DNA from: an uncultured Acetobacteraceae bacterium
GTDB lineage: Bacteria > Pseudomonadota > Alphaproteobacteria > Acetobacterales > Acetobacteraceae
Assembly: GCA_964247405.1 (NCBI GenBank)
Contig: CAXTUQ010000001.1
Location: forward strand, 3,866-40,484
DNA: 36,619 nt
Direction: 5' to 3'
Part shown: in pieces, positions 9,033 through 18,807 of the stretch
Position numbering within the stretch: the stretch's first letter is position 1
Layout: every line of letters begins with the position of its first letter
Position numbers and translations under genes: made by a program
The notes under the pieces: generated by a model
Databases searched by the model: none
Seen by the model: the letters and a program-made list of their open reading frames with translations, nothing else
Told to the model about the DNA's origin: nothing

Positions 9033-10363
9033 CCACCCAGAGCGCCCGCCTTCTGGCCTTCTACGGCGACGACTTCACCGGCTCGACCGACGCGCTGGAA
9101 GTGTTGGCCGCCGCCGGCATCCCGACCGTCCTTTTCCTGGCCACGCCGGATGCCGCGCATCTCGCCCGCTTCCCCGAGGCGCGGGTCGTCGGCCTCGCCG
9201 GCATCAGCCGCAGCCAGGACCCTCGCTGGATGGACGAGCATCTGCCGCCGGTGTTCGAATGGCTGAAGGCGACGGGAGCGCCGCTCTGCCACTACAAGGT
9301 GTGCTCCACCTTCGACAGCGCGCCACACGTGGGCAGCATCGGCCGGGCCGCCGAGATCGGTCGCGCGGTGTTCGGCGAGAAGCCCGTCCCGGTGGTGGTG
9401 GGCGCGCCGGCGCTCGGCCGCTTCGTGCTGTTCGGCAACCTGTTCGCGACCGCCGCCGGAGCGATCTACCGCATCGACCGCCATCCCGTGATGAGCCGCC
9501 ATCCGACCACCCCCATGCACGAGGCCGACCTGCGGCTGCACCTCGCGGCGCAGACCCGGCTCCGCTCCGTGCTGGTTGACCACGTCGCGCTCACCGGCCC
9601 TGTCCAGCAGGAGCCGGCAGGTCTGATTGCGGCGGCAGGCGCGGAACTCGTGGTGCTCGACACCGTGGATGCCGCCACCCAGAACGTTGTCGGCAGGCTG
9701 TTGTGGGAGGGCGCCGGGCACGAGCCAAGCTTCGTGATCGGCTCGTCGGGCGTGGAGTTCGCCCTCGTGAATCACTGGCGCGGTCTCGGGCTTGTCCCGG
9801 CGTCGGCCGACAACAGGCTTCCTCCGCCGGCGGACCGCATCGTCGTGCTTTCCGGCAGCTGCTCGCCCACCAACGAGGCCCAGATCCACAGGGGGCTGGA
9901 CGATGGCTTCGCTGGCCTGCGGCTCGACCCGCTATCCCTGATCGAGGGCGGCGAGGCGATGCAGGAGGCGGCCGCGGGCGCCGTCGCGCTGCTGGCCGAG
10001 GGCAGGAGTCCCCTCCTTTACACCGCGCTCGGCCCCGACGACCGCGGTGCTGCCCCGCCAGCCGGCATGACGAGCATCGCCTTCAACACACGGCTCGGCG
10101 AGCGGCTTGGGGTGGTGTTCCGGGACGTGCTGCGCCGCTCAAACGTCAGGCGTGCGGTGGTGGCTGGCGGCGACACGTCCGGGCACGTGACGAACCAGCT
10201 CGGCCTGCATGCCCTGTCGTATCGGGCCGCCCTCGTCCGCGGCTGCCCGCTCTGCCGCACCCACGCCGACGAGCCGGCTTTCGACGGGCTCGAGCTTGCG
10301 CTGAAGGGCGGCCAGATGGGCGGCGAAAACTTCTTCTCGCAGGTGCTCCACGGCACCCTGTAA
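9029..10363 (+). CDS. oiaK: Four-carbon acid sugar kinase (DUF1537), 3-oxo-isoapionate kinase-like
   Basis: YGDDFTG, YKVCSTFDS, RIDRHPVMSRHP, SGSCS, AGGDTSG, LKGGQMG; adjacent to apnO. Confidence 0.85.
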   Translation: MTTQSARLLAFYGDDFTGSTDALEVLAAAGIPTVLFLATPDAAHLARFPEARVVGLAGISRSQDPRWMDEHLPPVFEWLKATGAPLCHYKVCSTFDSAPHVGSIGRAAEIGRAVFGEKPVPVVVGAPALGRFVLFGNLFATAAGAIYRIDRHPVMSRHPTTPMHEADLRLHLAAQTRLRSVLVDHVALTGPVQQEPAGLIAAAGAELVVLDTVDAATQNVVGRLLWEGAGHEPSFVIGSSGVEFALVNHWRGLGLVPASADNRLPPPADRIVVLSGSCSPTNEAQIHRGLDDGFAGLRLDPLSLIEGGEAMQEAAAGAVALLAEGRSPLLYTALGPDDRGAAPPAGMTSIAFNTRLGERLGVVFRDVLRRSNVRRAVVAGGDTSGHVTNQLGLHALSYRAALVRGCPLCRTHADEPAFDGLELALKGGQMGGENFFSQVLHGTL

Positions 10364-10385
10364 CCGACAACCGGGAGATCGGAAC

Positions 10386-11219
10386 GTGACCAAGATCGCA
10401 CTTATCGGCGCTGGCGGCAAAATGGGCGGGCGCATCACCGACAACCTGCTGAAGACAGACTTCGAGGTCAGCCATGTCGAGGTCAGCGCGCAGGGCAAGG
10501 CGAACCTCGCCGAGCGGGGCTTGCCCACCGTTGAAGCGGCCGAGGCGCTCGACGGCGCGGACGTGGTGATCCTCGCCGTGCCCGACAACCGCATCAAGGC
10601 GGTCGCGCAAGGACTCGGCAACCACCTCAAGCCGGGCACCATGGTGGTCGTCCTCGACGCCGCGGCGCCGTTCGCCGGCGACCTGCCGGATCGCCAGGAC
10701 CTCGTCTATTTCGTCACCCACCCCAGCCACCCGCCCGTCTATAACGACGAGGTGAAGCCGGCAGCCAAGACGGACTTCTTCGGCGGCATCGCCGCCAAGC
10801 AGCATATCGTGTGCTCGCTGATGCAAGGCCCGGAGGGCAGCTACGAGCTTGGCGAAAAGGTCGCGCGCGCGATCTACGCGCCGGTGATGCGGGCGCACCG
10901 CGTGACCGTGGAGCAGATGGCGATCCTGGAGCCTGTCCTGTCCGAAACGGTCGGCGCGACCTGCGTCACGGTCATCCGTGAGGGCATGGACGAGGCGATC
11001 CGCCGCGGGGTTCCCGAGCAGGCCGCCCGCGACTTCATCCTCGGCCATCTCAATGTGGAGATCGCCATCGTTTTCAATGAACTCAAGAACGGCACCTTCT
11101 CCGACGGCGCCAAGAAAGCCATCGAGAAGGCCAAGACCGATCTGTTCCGGCCGGACTGGAAGAAGGTGTTCGAGCCCGCAGCGATCGCCCAGTCGATCCA
11201 AGACATCACCCGGTCCTGA
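10386..11219 (+). CDS. apnO: D-apionate oxidoisomerase (PGDH_C-domain family)
   Basis: GAGGKMG, LAVPD, LDAAAP, HPSHP, FFGG, LMQGPE, EQMAILEP, DFILGH; GTG start after RBS GGGAG. Confidence 0.88.
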   Translation: MTKIALIGAGGKMGGRITDNLLKTDFEVSHVEVSAQGKANLAERGLPTVEAAEALDGADVVILAVPDNRIKAVAQGLGNHLKPGTMVVVLDAAAPFAGDLPDRQDLVYFVTHPSHPPVYNDEVKPAAKTDFFGGIAAKQHIVCSLMQGPEGSYELGEKVARAIYAPVMRAHRVTVEQMAILEPVLSETVGATCVTVIREGMDEAIRRGVPEQAARDFILGHLNVEIAIVFNELKNGTFSDGAKKAIEKAKTDLFRPDWKKVFEPAAIAQSIQDITRS

Positions 11220-11253
11220 GACCGCAACGCAAGCGTCAAAAGAGGTTACGTCC

Positions 11254-11646
11254 ATGCTCAAGAAGACGATGCTCGACGGACCCAAGGGCCGCGTGGTCAT
11301 CATGGATTCGATCACCAAGGTCACGCCCGAGGACGCGGGTGCGATCGTGCTCTCCGCCTCGCATGGCGGCACGAGTTCTGGCGAGTTCGCGCTCGAAGTG
11401 CCGCTGAAGCTCGTGCTGTTCAATGATGCCGGCGTTGGCAAGAACAAAGCCGGGATAGCAGCGTTGGACATGCTGGCGCGGCGCGGCGTCGCTGGCGCCA
11501 CGATCGGCCACGAGAGCGGCATGATCGGCGACTCGCAGGACATGTGGGACCATGGCGTCGTCAGCCACGTCAACAAGCAGGCCGCCGCGATGGGCCTGGC
11601 CGCTGGCCAGAACTTCAAGGAGCGGCTGTCGTCGCTGCTCGGCTGA
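11254..11646 (+). CDS. Conserved hypothetical protein (DSIT..ASHGG..NDAGVGK..IGD..SHVN motifs)
   Basis: RBS AGAGG; 130 aa with enzyme-like motifs; directly after apnO; partial second copy at about 15683-15830. Confidence 0.8.
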   Translation: MLKKTMLDGPKGRVVIMDSITKVTPEDAGAIVLSASHGGTSSGEFALEVPLKLVLFNDAGVGKNKAGIAALDMLARRGVAGATIGHESGMIGDSQDMWDHGVVSHVNKQAAAMGLAAGQNFKERLSSLLG

Positions 11647-11694
11647 ACAGCGGCGCCCATGCCGATCACAAAAAGACAATACCGGGAGAAAACG

Positions 11695-12801
11695 ATGCGC
11701 AACAACGTTGGACGGCTGTATCTCGGCGCGGCTCTGCTCACGGCCGCTGCGGCAAGTGCCGCGGCGCAAACGGCCTCGCAGGTGCCGACGAGCGGTCCCA
11801 AGCCGGAGGGCGCGCCGGACAGCGTTGCCATGCCGTGGGGCACATTCAAGCTTGCGGACCGGATCGCAGCGAAAGTTCGCAAGCACGAGCCGCTGAACGT
11901 AGTTTATTCCTACATGGCGTCCGGCCTGCCGCTGTTCTCGCAACAGCAACTCACCGGATTCAGGCAGGGATGCGCGTCGGCCACGAGCTCCTACCCGATC
12001 GACTGCTCGGCGATCGCGCCGGTCCAGCCCGACGCCAACCAACAGGTTTCGCAGATTCAAGCCAAGCTCGCGGTGGACGGGGTCGACTGCATGTCGGTGC
12101 TTCCGGTCACCTCGGATTCGGCCGAGCACGTCGTCAACCAGATGATGGACAAGGGTATTCCGGTCTTCACGGTGGGCCTGCCTACGCATGGCCACGAGTT
12201 CACCAACTTCACCCAGGTACCCCTCAAGGAGGGTGCGACGGCGGCCCAGGTCGTGTTGGATTGGATGAAGAGCTCCGCCACGGATCTCAAAGTGTTCGCG
12301 GTGTCGGGCGGAGACCCCGCGCAGACATGGGCCCAGGGCCGCATGAAGGGGTTCCGTGAGGCGATCCTGAAGGCGATCCCCGACGCCAAGTTCCTGGCCA
12401 CCGAAACCAACCCGCTCAACACCTCGTACGCACCCGGCAAGGTTTACGACACCTACCGGACCTTCCTGCTCGCGCACCCCGACCTGCAGTTCATCGAGAA
12501 CGTGGATTTCGGGGCCGAGCACGCCGACCGCGCCATCGCCGAACTCAACCGCACCGGCAAGGTGTTCACGATCGGCTGGAACGTCAGCAAGGGGCAGCTC
12601 GACGGCATTGAGAAGGGCATCCAGGTTGCCCTGCTCGACCAGCGCTGGCCAGATCAGGGCGCGTTCGGCGCGGCTGCCTGCGCCCGTTTCGCCGCGGCTG
12701 GCGAGGTGCTGCCCAACATGCAGAGCCTGCAGCCTGTGCTGAAGGCCGACGTGCCGGTCGCGCGGGCCCAGCTCGACCAGTCTCTCTCGTCCGCGAAGTG
12801 A
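11695..12801 (+). CDS. Sugar ABC transporter substrate-binding protein, Sec signal
   Basis: Ala-rich signal peptide; periplasmic binding protein type 1 pattern; RBS GGGAG. Confidence 0.88.
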   Translation: MRNNVGRLYLGAALLTAAAASAAAQTASQVPTSGPKPEGAPDSVAMPWGTFKLADRIAAKVRKHEPLNVVYSYMASGLPLFSQQQLTGFRQGCASATSSYPIDCSAIAPVQPDANQQVSQIQAKLAVDGVDCMSVLPVTSDSAEHVVNQMMDKGIPVFTVGLPTHGHEFTNFTQVPLKEGATAAQVVLDWMKSSATDLKVFAVSGGDPAQTWAQGRMKGFREAILKAIPDAKFLATETNPLNTSYAPGKVYDTYRTFLLAHPDLQFIENVDFGAEHADRAIAELNRTGKVFTIGWNVSKGQLDGIEKGIQVALLDQRWPDQGAFGAAACARFAAAGEVLPNMQSLQPVLKADVPVARAQLDQSLSSAK

Positions 12802-12821
12802 AGCATGCCGCGAAGTGAATT

Positions 12822-13898
12822 GTGCCGCTCCGCGCCCCCGCAAACGGGGAAGTACCGGTGCCGGTGAAGGGAGCGCCGGCGGCGCGCGGCGCGACGTTCG
12901 CGGCTCCCAGGAGCCTGGCCGGCCTGGCGCGAGTGGGCGGCCTGCTCGCCGCCATCATAATGGTCGGCCTAGCTTTCTGGCTGCTCAACCCAGCCGTCCT
13001 GACCCTCGACATCGGCATCTCGGTGTTGCGGTCGATGTGCTCGGTGACCATCCTCGGGCTCGGCCTCACACTGGTGATCGTCGCCGGCGAGATCGATCTG
13101 TCGGTCGGCGCCATGTACGGGCTGGCCTCGAACGCCCTCGCGGTGATCTGGATACTGGGCGGGGTACCTGTCTACTTTGCCTTGCCGCTCGCCCTGCTGA
13201 TCGGGGCGATGGTGGGCCTGATCAACGGCGTGCTGAGCACCTGGTGCCGAATCCCGTCGTTCATCGTCACCCTCGGCACCTACAACCTGCTCTACGGCCT
13301 GTCGCTGCTTATTACCAGCGCCACGACCTTCAACCCCGCCTACCCTCCCGAGGGGTATCCGGTATCGGCCGCCCAGATCGCGTTCTTCAACGGCCTGACG
13401 CGCCAGGTCGGCTCGCATCAGGTATCGCTTGAGATCGCCTGGATGATCGCGATGGCGGTCGCGGTCGGCGCCCTCTTGCACGGCTCGCTATATGGCTTCC
13501 GGCTGTTCGCCATCGGCGGCAACGCCACGGCGGCCCGCTTCGCCCGTCTCCCCGTCAACGGCTACAAGGTTCTCGCTTTCATGGCTTCCGGCGTGCTGGC
13601 CGCGGTCGCCGGCATTCTCGACTTCTCCTTTGTGCAGACGACGCAGCCCGACATCGGCCTGTCACAAACCTTTCCGGTCTTTGCCGCTGTGGTAATCGGA
13701 GGCGCGAGCCTGTCGGGCGGCAAAGGCACGGTAATCGGCACGGTGGGTGGCGCTTTCCTGCTCGCCGAGTTGCAGACTGGCCTCGCGGTCCTGTCGCCCG
13801 GGCCTTACGCGCAGCAGATTTTTCTCGGAATAGTGACGATAGGCGCGGTGGCCTTCGACCTCGGCGTCTCCCGCCTTGCCCGGCGTCGCCCGCGATGA
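12822..13898 (+). CDS. Sugar ABC transporter permease
   Basis: GEIDLSVG, IPSFIVTLG, AIGGN, VIGGASLSGGKG; start position uncertain. Confidence 0.9.
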   Translation: MPLRAPANGEVPVPVKGAPAARGATFAAPRSLAGLARVGGLLAAIIMVGLAFWLLNPAVLTLDIGISVLRSMCSVTILGLGLTLVIVAGEIDLSVGAMYGLASNALAVIWILGGVPVYFALPLALLIGAMVGLINGVLSTWCRIPSFIVTLGTYNLLYGLSLLITSATTFNPAYPPEGYPVSAAQIAFFNGLTRQVGSHQVSLEIAWMIAMAVAVGALLHGSLYGFRLFAIGGNATAARFARLPVNGYKVLAFMASGVLAAVAGILDFSFVQTTQPDIGLSQTFPVFAAVVIGGASLSGGKGTVIGTVGGAFLLAELQTGLAVLSPGPYAQQIFLGIVTIGAVAFDLGVSRLARRRPR

Positions 13899-15370
13899 CC
13901 GGCGGCTCGGCACCGATCATCTTGCGCGGCTTGACCAAGCGTTACGGGAACACGCGCGCGCTGCAGGGCCTCGATCTCAACCTGGTGCCCGGCGAAGTGC
14001 TGGGGGTGGCTGGGCCGAACGGTGCTGGCAAGAGCACGTTGATCAAGGTGCTCGCGGGCGAGGAGGAGGCTGACAGCGGCGACATCCTGCTTGGCAGCCG
14101 AGCCTGCTCCGCCGGGACTCTGAGCGGCCACGTCGCGGTGGTCCATCAGGAACCGCAGCTCTTCCCCAACATGACGCTTGCCGAGAACCTGCTGGTCGGC
14201 CGCGAAAGACGGCGGTTGCGGCGCCCTCGGACCAGCTCGGACGACAAAGCGCTGCTGGCTGCGCTGGGTCTTGAAAGGCTGGCAGGCACCCTCGTGGCGG
14301 ATTGCTCCCTTGCGGTCCACCAGCGCGTCGAGATCGGGCGTGCGCTGGCGCGGCAAGCGGGCGCGTTCTTGTTCGACGAACCCAACTCGGCCCTCGCGGC
14401 CGAAGAGTCGACCGCGTTGTTCACCGAACTGCATCGGCTGGCCGCAGCAGGTAATATCGTCCTGCTGGTGACCCACCGGCTGGAGGATCTCGTCCAGCAC
14501 ACGCGCCGGGTCGCCGTCGTCCGCGACGGACGCGTCGCGACCGAACTTTCGGGCGCTGGGTTGACCGAGGAGGCGATCGCGCACGTGCTGGTGCAGGGGC
14601 TTGAGCCCGCTGCCGCCTGCAGAGTCCGACAGCCCGTCTTTGCGGACGCCCCGGACAGGACACCAAGTCGCGTCTTCCCAACCTATACCGGGGATGCTTT
14701 CGGGCGATCCTGCCTTCCAATGGCACCCGGCCGCGTCGTCGCCTTATTTGGCGTGGAAGGATCGGGCGCTCGCGAGTTCCTGCGGTCCATGGCGGGGCTG
14801 GAGACGGTCCCCGAAGCTATGACCATCCCGGACACGAAGCGGTACCAGGACGTCGCCTACGTTGCGCCATCCCGCACCGAAAGCCTCTTTGCCACTCTTT
14901 CGGTGGGCGACAACGCGCTCGCACGTCTTGGTCGACCAGACATCGCAGGACGGATCGGAGCTTTGTCACGGCCGCGCATGCGAGGCGTCGTGGCAAACGC
15001 CATTAGGCGCTTCCGGGTGAAAACAATCGGCGGCCACCAGCCGATCACGGCCTTGTCGGGCGGCAACCAGCAGAAGGTGGCGATTGCTCAGGCACTTGTG
15101 AAACGGCCCAGGCTCGCCCTGCTGGAGGAACCGACGCGAGGCGTCGACATCGGCAGCAAGCGAGAGATCTACGCCCTTTTACGCGAGGTCGCCGGCACCG
15201 GAACTGGCGTGGTGATCTTTTGCACGGAAATTCTCGAGGCTTATGAGGCAGCGGACCAGGTTCAGGTGTTCAGGGCCGGGCGGCTCAGCCAGCAAATCGA
15301 ACCGATCGCATTTCACAGTGTCGAGGCTTTCGCCTCGGCGGTGGCGCGGGCGGCCGGAGAGGCCGCGTAA
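13895..15370 (+). CDS. Sugar ABC transporter ATP-binding protein
   Basis: GPNGAGKST, LFDEP, LSGGNQQK, EEPTRGVD. Confidence 0.92.
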   Translation: MTGGSAPIILRGLTKRYGNTRALQGLDLNLVPGEVLGVAGPNGAGKSTLIKVLAGEEEADSGDILLGSRACSAGTLSGHVAVVHQEPQLFPNMTLAENLLVGRERRRLRRPRTSSDDKALLAALGLERLAGTLVADCSLAVHQRVEIGRALARQAGAFLFDEPNSALAAEESTALFTELHRLAAAGNIVLLVTHRLEDLVQHTRRVAVVRDGRVATELSGAGLTEEAIAHVLVQGLEPAAACRVRQPVFADAPDRTPSRVFPTYTGDAFGRSCLPMAPGRVVALFGVEGSGAREFLRSMAGLETVPEAMTIPDTKRYQDVAYVAPSRTESLFATLSVGDNALARLGRPDIAGRIGALSRPRMRGVVANAIRRFRVKTIGGHQPITALSGGNQQKVAIAQALVKRPRLALLEEPTRGVDIGSKREIYALLREVAGTGTGVVIFCTEILEAYEAADQVQVFRAGRLSQQIEPIAFHSVEAFASAVARAAGEAA

Positions 15371-15505
15371 ACCCGAATGGCCTCAAAAGGATACTATGAC
15401 AATAGCAACCTTCGCGCACGCGGCTGAGGGGCTGGAGGTTGGTCCCCCGTGTATCGTGCGAAAGTATCGTGGCGGTGGTTCGAATGCCGAGGCGAAAACA
15501 CGGGC

Positions 15506-15610
15506 ATGGCAGCAAGGCAGAAATCACCTCCGCCCTCGAAGTCTCTGAACGTTTCCGATGGCGACTGGGCGGAAGCGACCCGGCGCGAGGAAAGGCTGAA
15601 GGGTGCCCTC
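15506..15610 (+). mobile_element. Possible N-terminal fragment of a TniA/Mu-like DDE transposase
   Basis: VSDGDWAEATRREE resembles the recalled N-terminal W-x-x-A-x-RR-E motif; tandem gtatcgtg upstream at about 15451-15471. Short and uncertain. Confidence 0.3.
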
Positions 15611-15682
15611 CAAAAGAGTCGCGCGATCCGAGAGCAACTCAGAAACCATTCGGAGTGCGCGGCATGGGTCACATGAATGAGG

Positions 15683-15830
15683 GAGCGCGACAGCATCGGA
15701 GACTCCCCGGCCATGTGCGACAAGGATGTGATCTCGCATGTAAACGCCACGGCGCATGGACCTGGCCTTGCGGTAGGCCAGCCCCTGGACGAGGCGCTTG
15801 GCCGCCCCGTGAGACGCGAGCCGGGCGGTG
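15683..15830 (+). pseudogene. C-terminal remnant of a paralog of the 11254-11646 protein
   Basis: IGDSPAMCDKDVISHVNATAHGPGLAVGQPLDEAL aligns without gaps to IGDSQDMWDHGVVSHVNKQAAAMGLAAGQNFKERL. An orphan RBS and ATG at 15396 may be its former start. Confidence 0.75.
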
Positions 15831-17099
15831 AGCTTCTTTGCATCCTGCTTGGAGGAGGCCCTGTCGATCCGGGACTTGCGTGAGCTCGCACGCAAGCGCC
15901 TGCCGCGGACTGTGTTCGACTTCATCGACGGCGGTGCCGAGGACGAACTGACGCTGAAAGACAACCGCGCCGCGTTCGAGCGCGTGAGGCTCGTTCCACG
16001 CATCCTGACCGACGTTTCGGCGCCCAACATTGCCACGGAGATCGTCGGCACGCCCTCGGCGGCGCCGCTGGTCGTGGCGCCGATGGGTTCCTGCATGCTT
16101 GCATGGCCCGAAGCCGACATCGCAATCGCGCGTGCCGCGGCCGCCCACGGCATTCCCTACACGCTGTCGACGATGTCGACGACCAGCATCGAACGCATGG
16201 CCGACGCGGTCCAGGGCAGCCTGTGGTTCCAGCTCTACGTCCTGAAGGACCGCGACTTCAACGACCGGCTGGTCGACCGTGCCGCGGCGGCCGGCTACGG
16301 GACGCTCGTCGTGACGGTCGACCTGCAGGCTGGCGGCAAGCGCGAGCGCGATGTTCGCAACGGCGTCTCGATACCGTTGCGCATGAGCCTCCGCCATCTG
16401 TGGGAAGGGATGACGCACCCCGGCTGGTCTTGGCGACTGGTCAAGAACCGCATGCCTGAATTCGAGAATGTGCGCGGCCTGATGGGCGGCAACGACGCGA
16501 ACTTGACGATTGCGGCGCGCGTTGGCGAAAGCCTCGACGCCAGCTTCAACTGGAAGGACCTGGCCCGCCTGCGCGACCGCTGGCCGGGCAAGCTGATGGT
16601 CAAGGGCGTGCTGCACCCGGCTGACGCCGAGCAACTGGTCGCGCTGGGCGTCGATGGGCTTTGGGTGTCGAACCATGGCGGCCGGCAACTCGACAGCGCC
16701 ATCGCCTCGGCGGACGCTCTGCCCGCTGTCGCGGCAGCCACGCAAAACCGGATACCCATAATCATCGACTCAGGGGTGCGGCGCGGCGTCGACATCCTCA
16801 AAGCCCGCAGCCTCGGCGCGCAGGCCGCAGCGGTCGGCCGGGCAGCGTTGTATGGCGCTGCGGTGGCTGGCGAGCGGGGCGCGCGTCGCGCGCTGGACAT
16901 CCTTGTGCAGGAATTGCGTCTGGCGATGAAGCTGGCAGGGATCCCTTCCCTTGGCACGGCGCCGAAGCAGCTTCCTGTTTCACGCGCGCAGAATGCGCTG
17001 CCCAGCCCGGCGCGCGTGGACCGATTGCTTCCCGACAGCGCAATGCCGCATCCTGCAGAACCGCTGCCTGCGACCCTGCCGCCCGAGGAAACGCTTTGA
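15828..17099 (+). CDS. FMN-dependent alpha-hydroxy acid dehydrogenase/oxidase (lactate/mandelate/glycolate family)
   Basis: FDFIDGGAEDE, WFQLY, TVD, RERD, SNHGGRQLD, DSGVRRG. Confidence 0.93.
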   Translation: MSFFASCLEEALSIRDLRELARKRLPRTVFDFIDGGAEDELTLKDNRAAFERVRLVPRILTDVSAPNIATEIVGTPSAAPLVVAPMGSCMLAWPEADIAIARAAAAHGIPYTLSTMSTTSIERMADAVQGSLWFQLYVLKDRDFNDRLVDRAAAAGYGTLVVTVDLQAGGKRERDVRNGVSIPLRMSLRHLWEGMTHPGWSWRLVKNRMPEFENVRGLMGGNDANLTIAARVGESLDASFNWKDLARLRDRWPGKLMVKGVLHPADAEQLVALGVDGLWVSNHGGRQLDSAIASADALPAVAAATQNRIPIIIDSGVRRGVDILKARSLGAQAAAVGRAALYGAAVAGERGARRALDILVQELRLAMKLAGIPSLGTAPKQLPVSRAQNALPSPARVDRLLPDSAMPHPAEPLPATLPPEETL

Positions 17100-17127
17100 T
17101 TCCCTGACAACAACGTAGGGGACCATC

Positions 17128-18147
17128 ATGACCAGCATCACCCGCCGAAACGCCGTTCTCGGTGCCGCAGCCTCCGCTTGCGCGCCAGCCATCATCACAG
17201 CCCGGTCCGCCAAGGCGGCAGAGTTCACCTGTAAGCTGGGCACCAACATGCCCACGGCCCACCCGCTGAACTTGCGTGCGACAGAGGCGGCCGGACGGAT
17301 CGCGGAACAAACCAACGGACAGGTCGCGATCAACGTGTTCCCAAACAACCAGCTCGGCAACGACGCCGACATGCTTTCGCAGTTGCGCTTGGGCGGCCTG
17401 GAATTCTTCGCGATCTCCGGCGTCAACGTGCTGTCGCAGTTGATCCCGGTGTCGGCGATCTACGGCCTGGGGTTCGCATTCCCTGACGAGGAGACGGTCT
17501 ACCGCGCGATGGATGGCGACCTCGGAGAGCACCTGCGCATGCAGTTCGGCAAGGCTGGCTTGAGGGCCATGGACGCGATCTGGGGATCGGGCTTCCGTCA
17601 CATGACGAACAGCGTGCGGCCGATCACGTCGCCCGACGACCTCAAGGGGCTGAAGATGCGCGTCCCGGTGAGCCCAATGTGGACCTCGCTTTTCAGGAAC
17701 CTGGGTGCGTCGCCGGCGTCGATCAACTTTGCAGAAGTCTACGCGTCCTTGCAGACCAAGGTCGTCGATGGCCAGGAAAACCCGCTCAACATCATTTCGA
17801 TTGCCAAGCTCTACGAGGTGCAGAGGTATTGTTCGCTGACAAGCCACATGTGGGACGGCTGGCTGCTCATGACGAACCAGAAAGTGTGGTCCCGCATTCC
17901 TGAGAAGGCGCGTCCGATCATCGAGAGCAATTTCAACAAGTCGGCGTTGGAGATGCGCACCGATGTCACAAAGCTGAATGCCTCGCTGCGCGGCGACTTG
18001 GCGGGCAAAGGCCTGGCATTCAACGAGCCGGACCTCGCGCCGTTCCGCGCCGTGCTGGCGAGGTCCGGTTTCTACGATGAGTGGCGTCGCAAGTTCGGCG
18101 ACGAAGCCTGGGCGATGCTTGAGAAATACACCGGCAAGCTAGGCTGA
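17128..18147 (+). CDS. dctP: TRAP transporter substrate-binding protein (DctP family)
   Basis: TRRN Tat-like leader; FPNNQLG, GFRHMT, GLKMRVP, VVDGQENP. Confidence 0.92.
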   Translation: MTSITRRNAVLGAAASACAPAIITARSAKAAEFTCKLGTNMPTAHPLNLRATEAAGRIAEQTNGQVAINVFPNNQLGNDADMLSQLRLGGLEFFAISGVNVLSQLIPVSAIYGLGFAFPDEETVYRAMDGDLGEHLRMQFGKAGLRAMDAIWGSGFRHMTNSVRPITSPDDLKGLKMRVPVSPMWTSLFRNLGASPASINFAEVYASLQTKVVDGQENPLNIISIAKLYEVQRYCSLTSHMWDGWLLMTNQKVWSRIPEKARPIIESNFNKSALEMRTDVTKLNASLRGDLAGKGLAFNEPDLAPFRAVLARSGFYDEWRRKFGDEAWAMLEKYTGKLG

Positions 18148-18149
18148 GG

Positions 18150-18700
18150 GCACTGTCAGCGCGGTGGTGATGCACAGTGCGGATGAAAAGCGTACCGCGC
18201 CTGGGGAGTGGGACAGACCTGGGGGTGAGCCCCGGGCGGCTCGGGCCTGCAGGACACGGTGCGTGCCGTAGGTCGACCCCAGTGATCGCCGGGACCGCGG
18301 CCCTGTATCGGCCGCAGCCGGGCGCTGCCGTCCTTGGGCCACTCGAAGCGCCGTGTCCAGACGGGGCGCAGCGTCTCGACCGTAAGCAGCACCGCGGCGG
18401 CATGGCGCGCGTCCGCCCTGGCCAGCGCATCAAGCAGGCAGAAACCGTCGCGCCGACCTCGCCGACAAAGGCAATGCGCTTGGGGCCGGCCACCTCCCTC
18501 GAGGGCAGCCGCACGTCCTTGATCCACCTGTCGCAGTGCCCGTATCAATCGAGCGGCGCAAGCGCGCGCAGCCAAAACCGGCGCGACGACGGCGATGTCG
18601 TTCCGCGCCGCCGGCAGCGTTCCGGCCAAGAGTTCCAGTCGGTTGAGGGTGTGGATGGCGGTGAGCATGTGCATGCCTTCCCGGACGGGAGCCTGGAAAC
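18150..18700 (-). mobile_element. Degraded IS debris: central IS1182-family transposase fragment plus a short IS5-like piece
   Basis: HMLTAIHTLNRLELLAGTL..VVAP and VETLRPVWTRRF..GRGPGD in shifting frames; SALCITTALT near 18155-18190 resembles the IS5 SALAITTALT segment. Confidence 0.7.
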
Positions 18701-18807
18701 CAGCCCGGATGAGCTTGTGACAAGTTTTACACTCGTCCCGAAACTACCCCGGAACCGTGAATCGCGCGCGGCCTCGCCCCGATCAACGACCTGTCACCGC
18801 CATACCA

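Noticed and set aside
3263-11882. Long minus-strand ORFs (573, 419, 672 and 578 aa), with similar ones later in the window
   Set aside because: Shadow frames antisense to well-supported genes in GC-rich DNA; no motifs.
14700-14800. Degenerate Walker A in the second domain of the ABC ATPase as a sign of decay
   Set aside because: This is normal for two-domain sugar ABC ATPases, and the other two ATPases here show it too.
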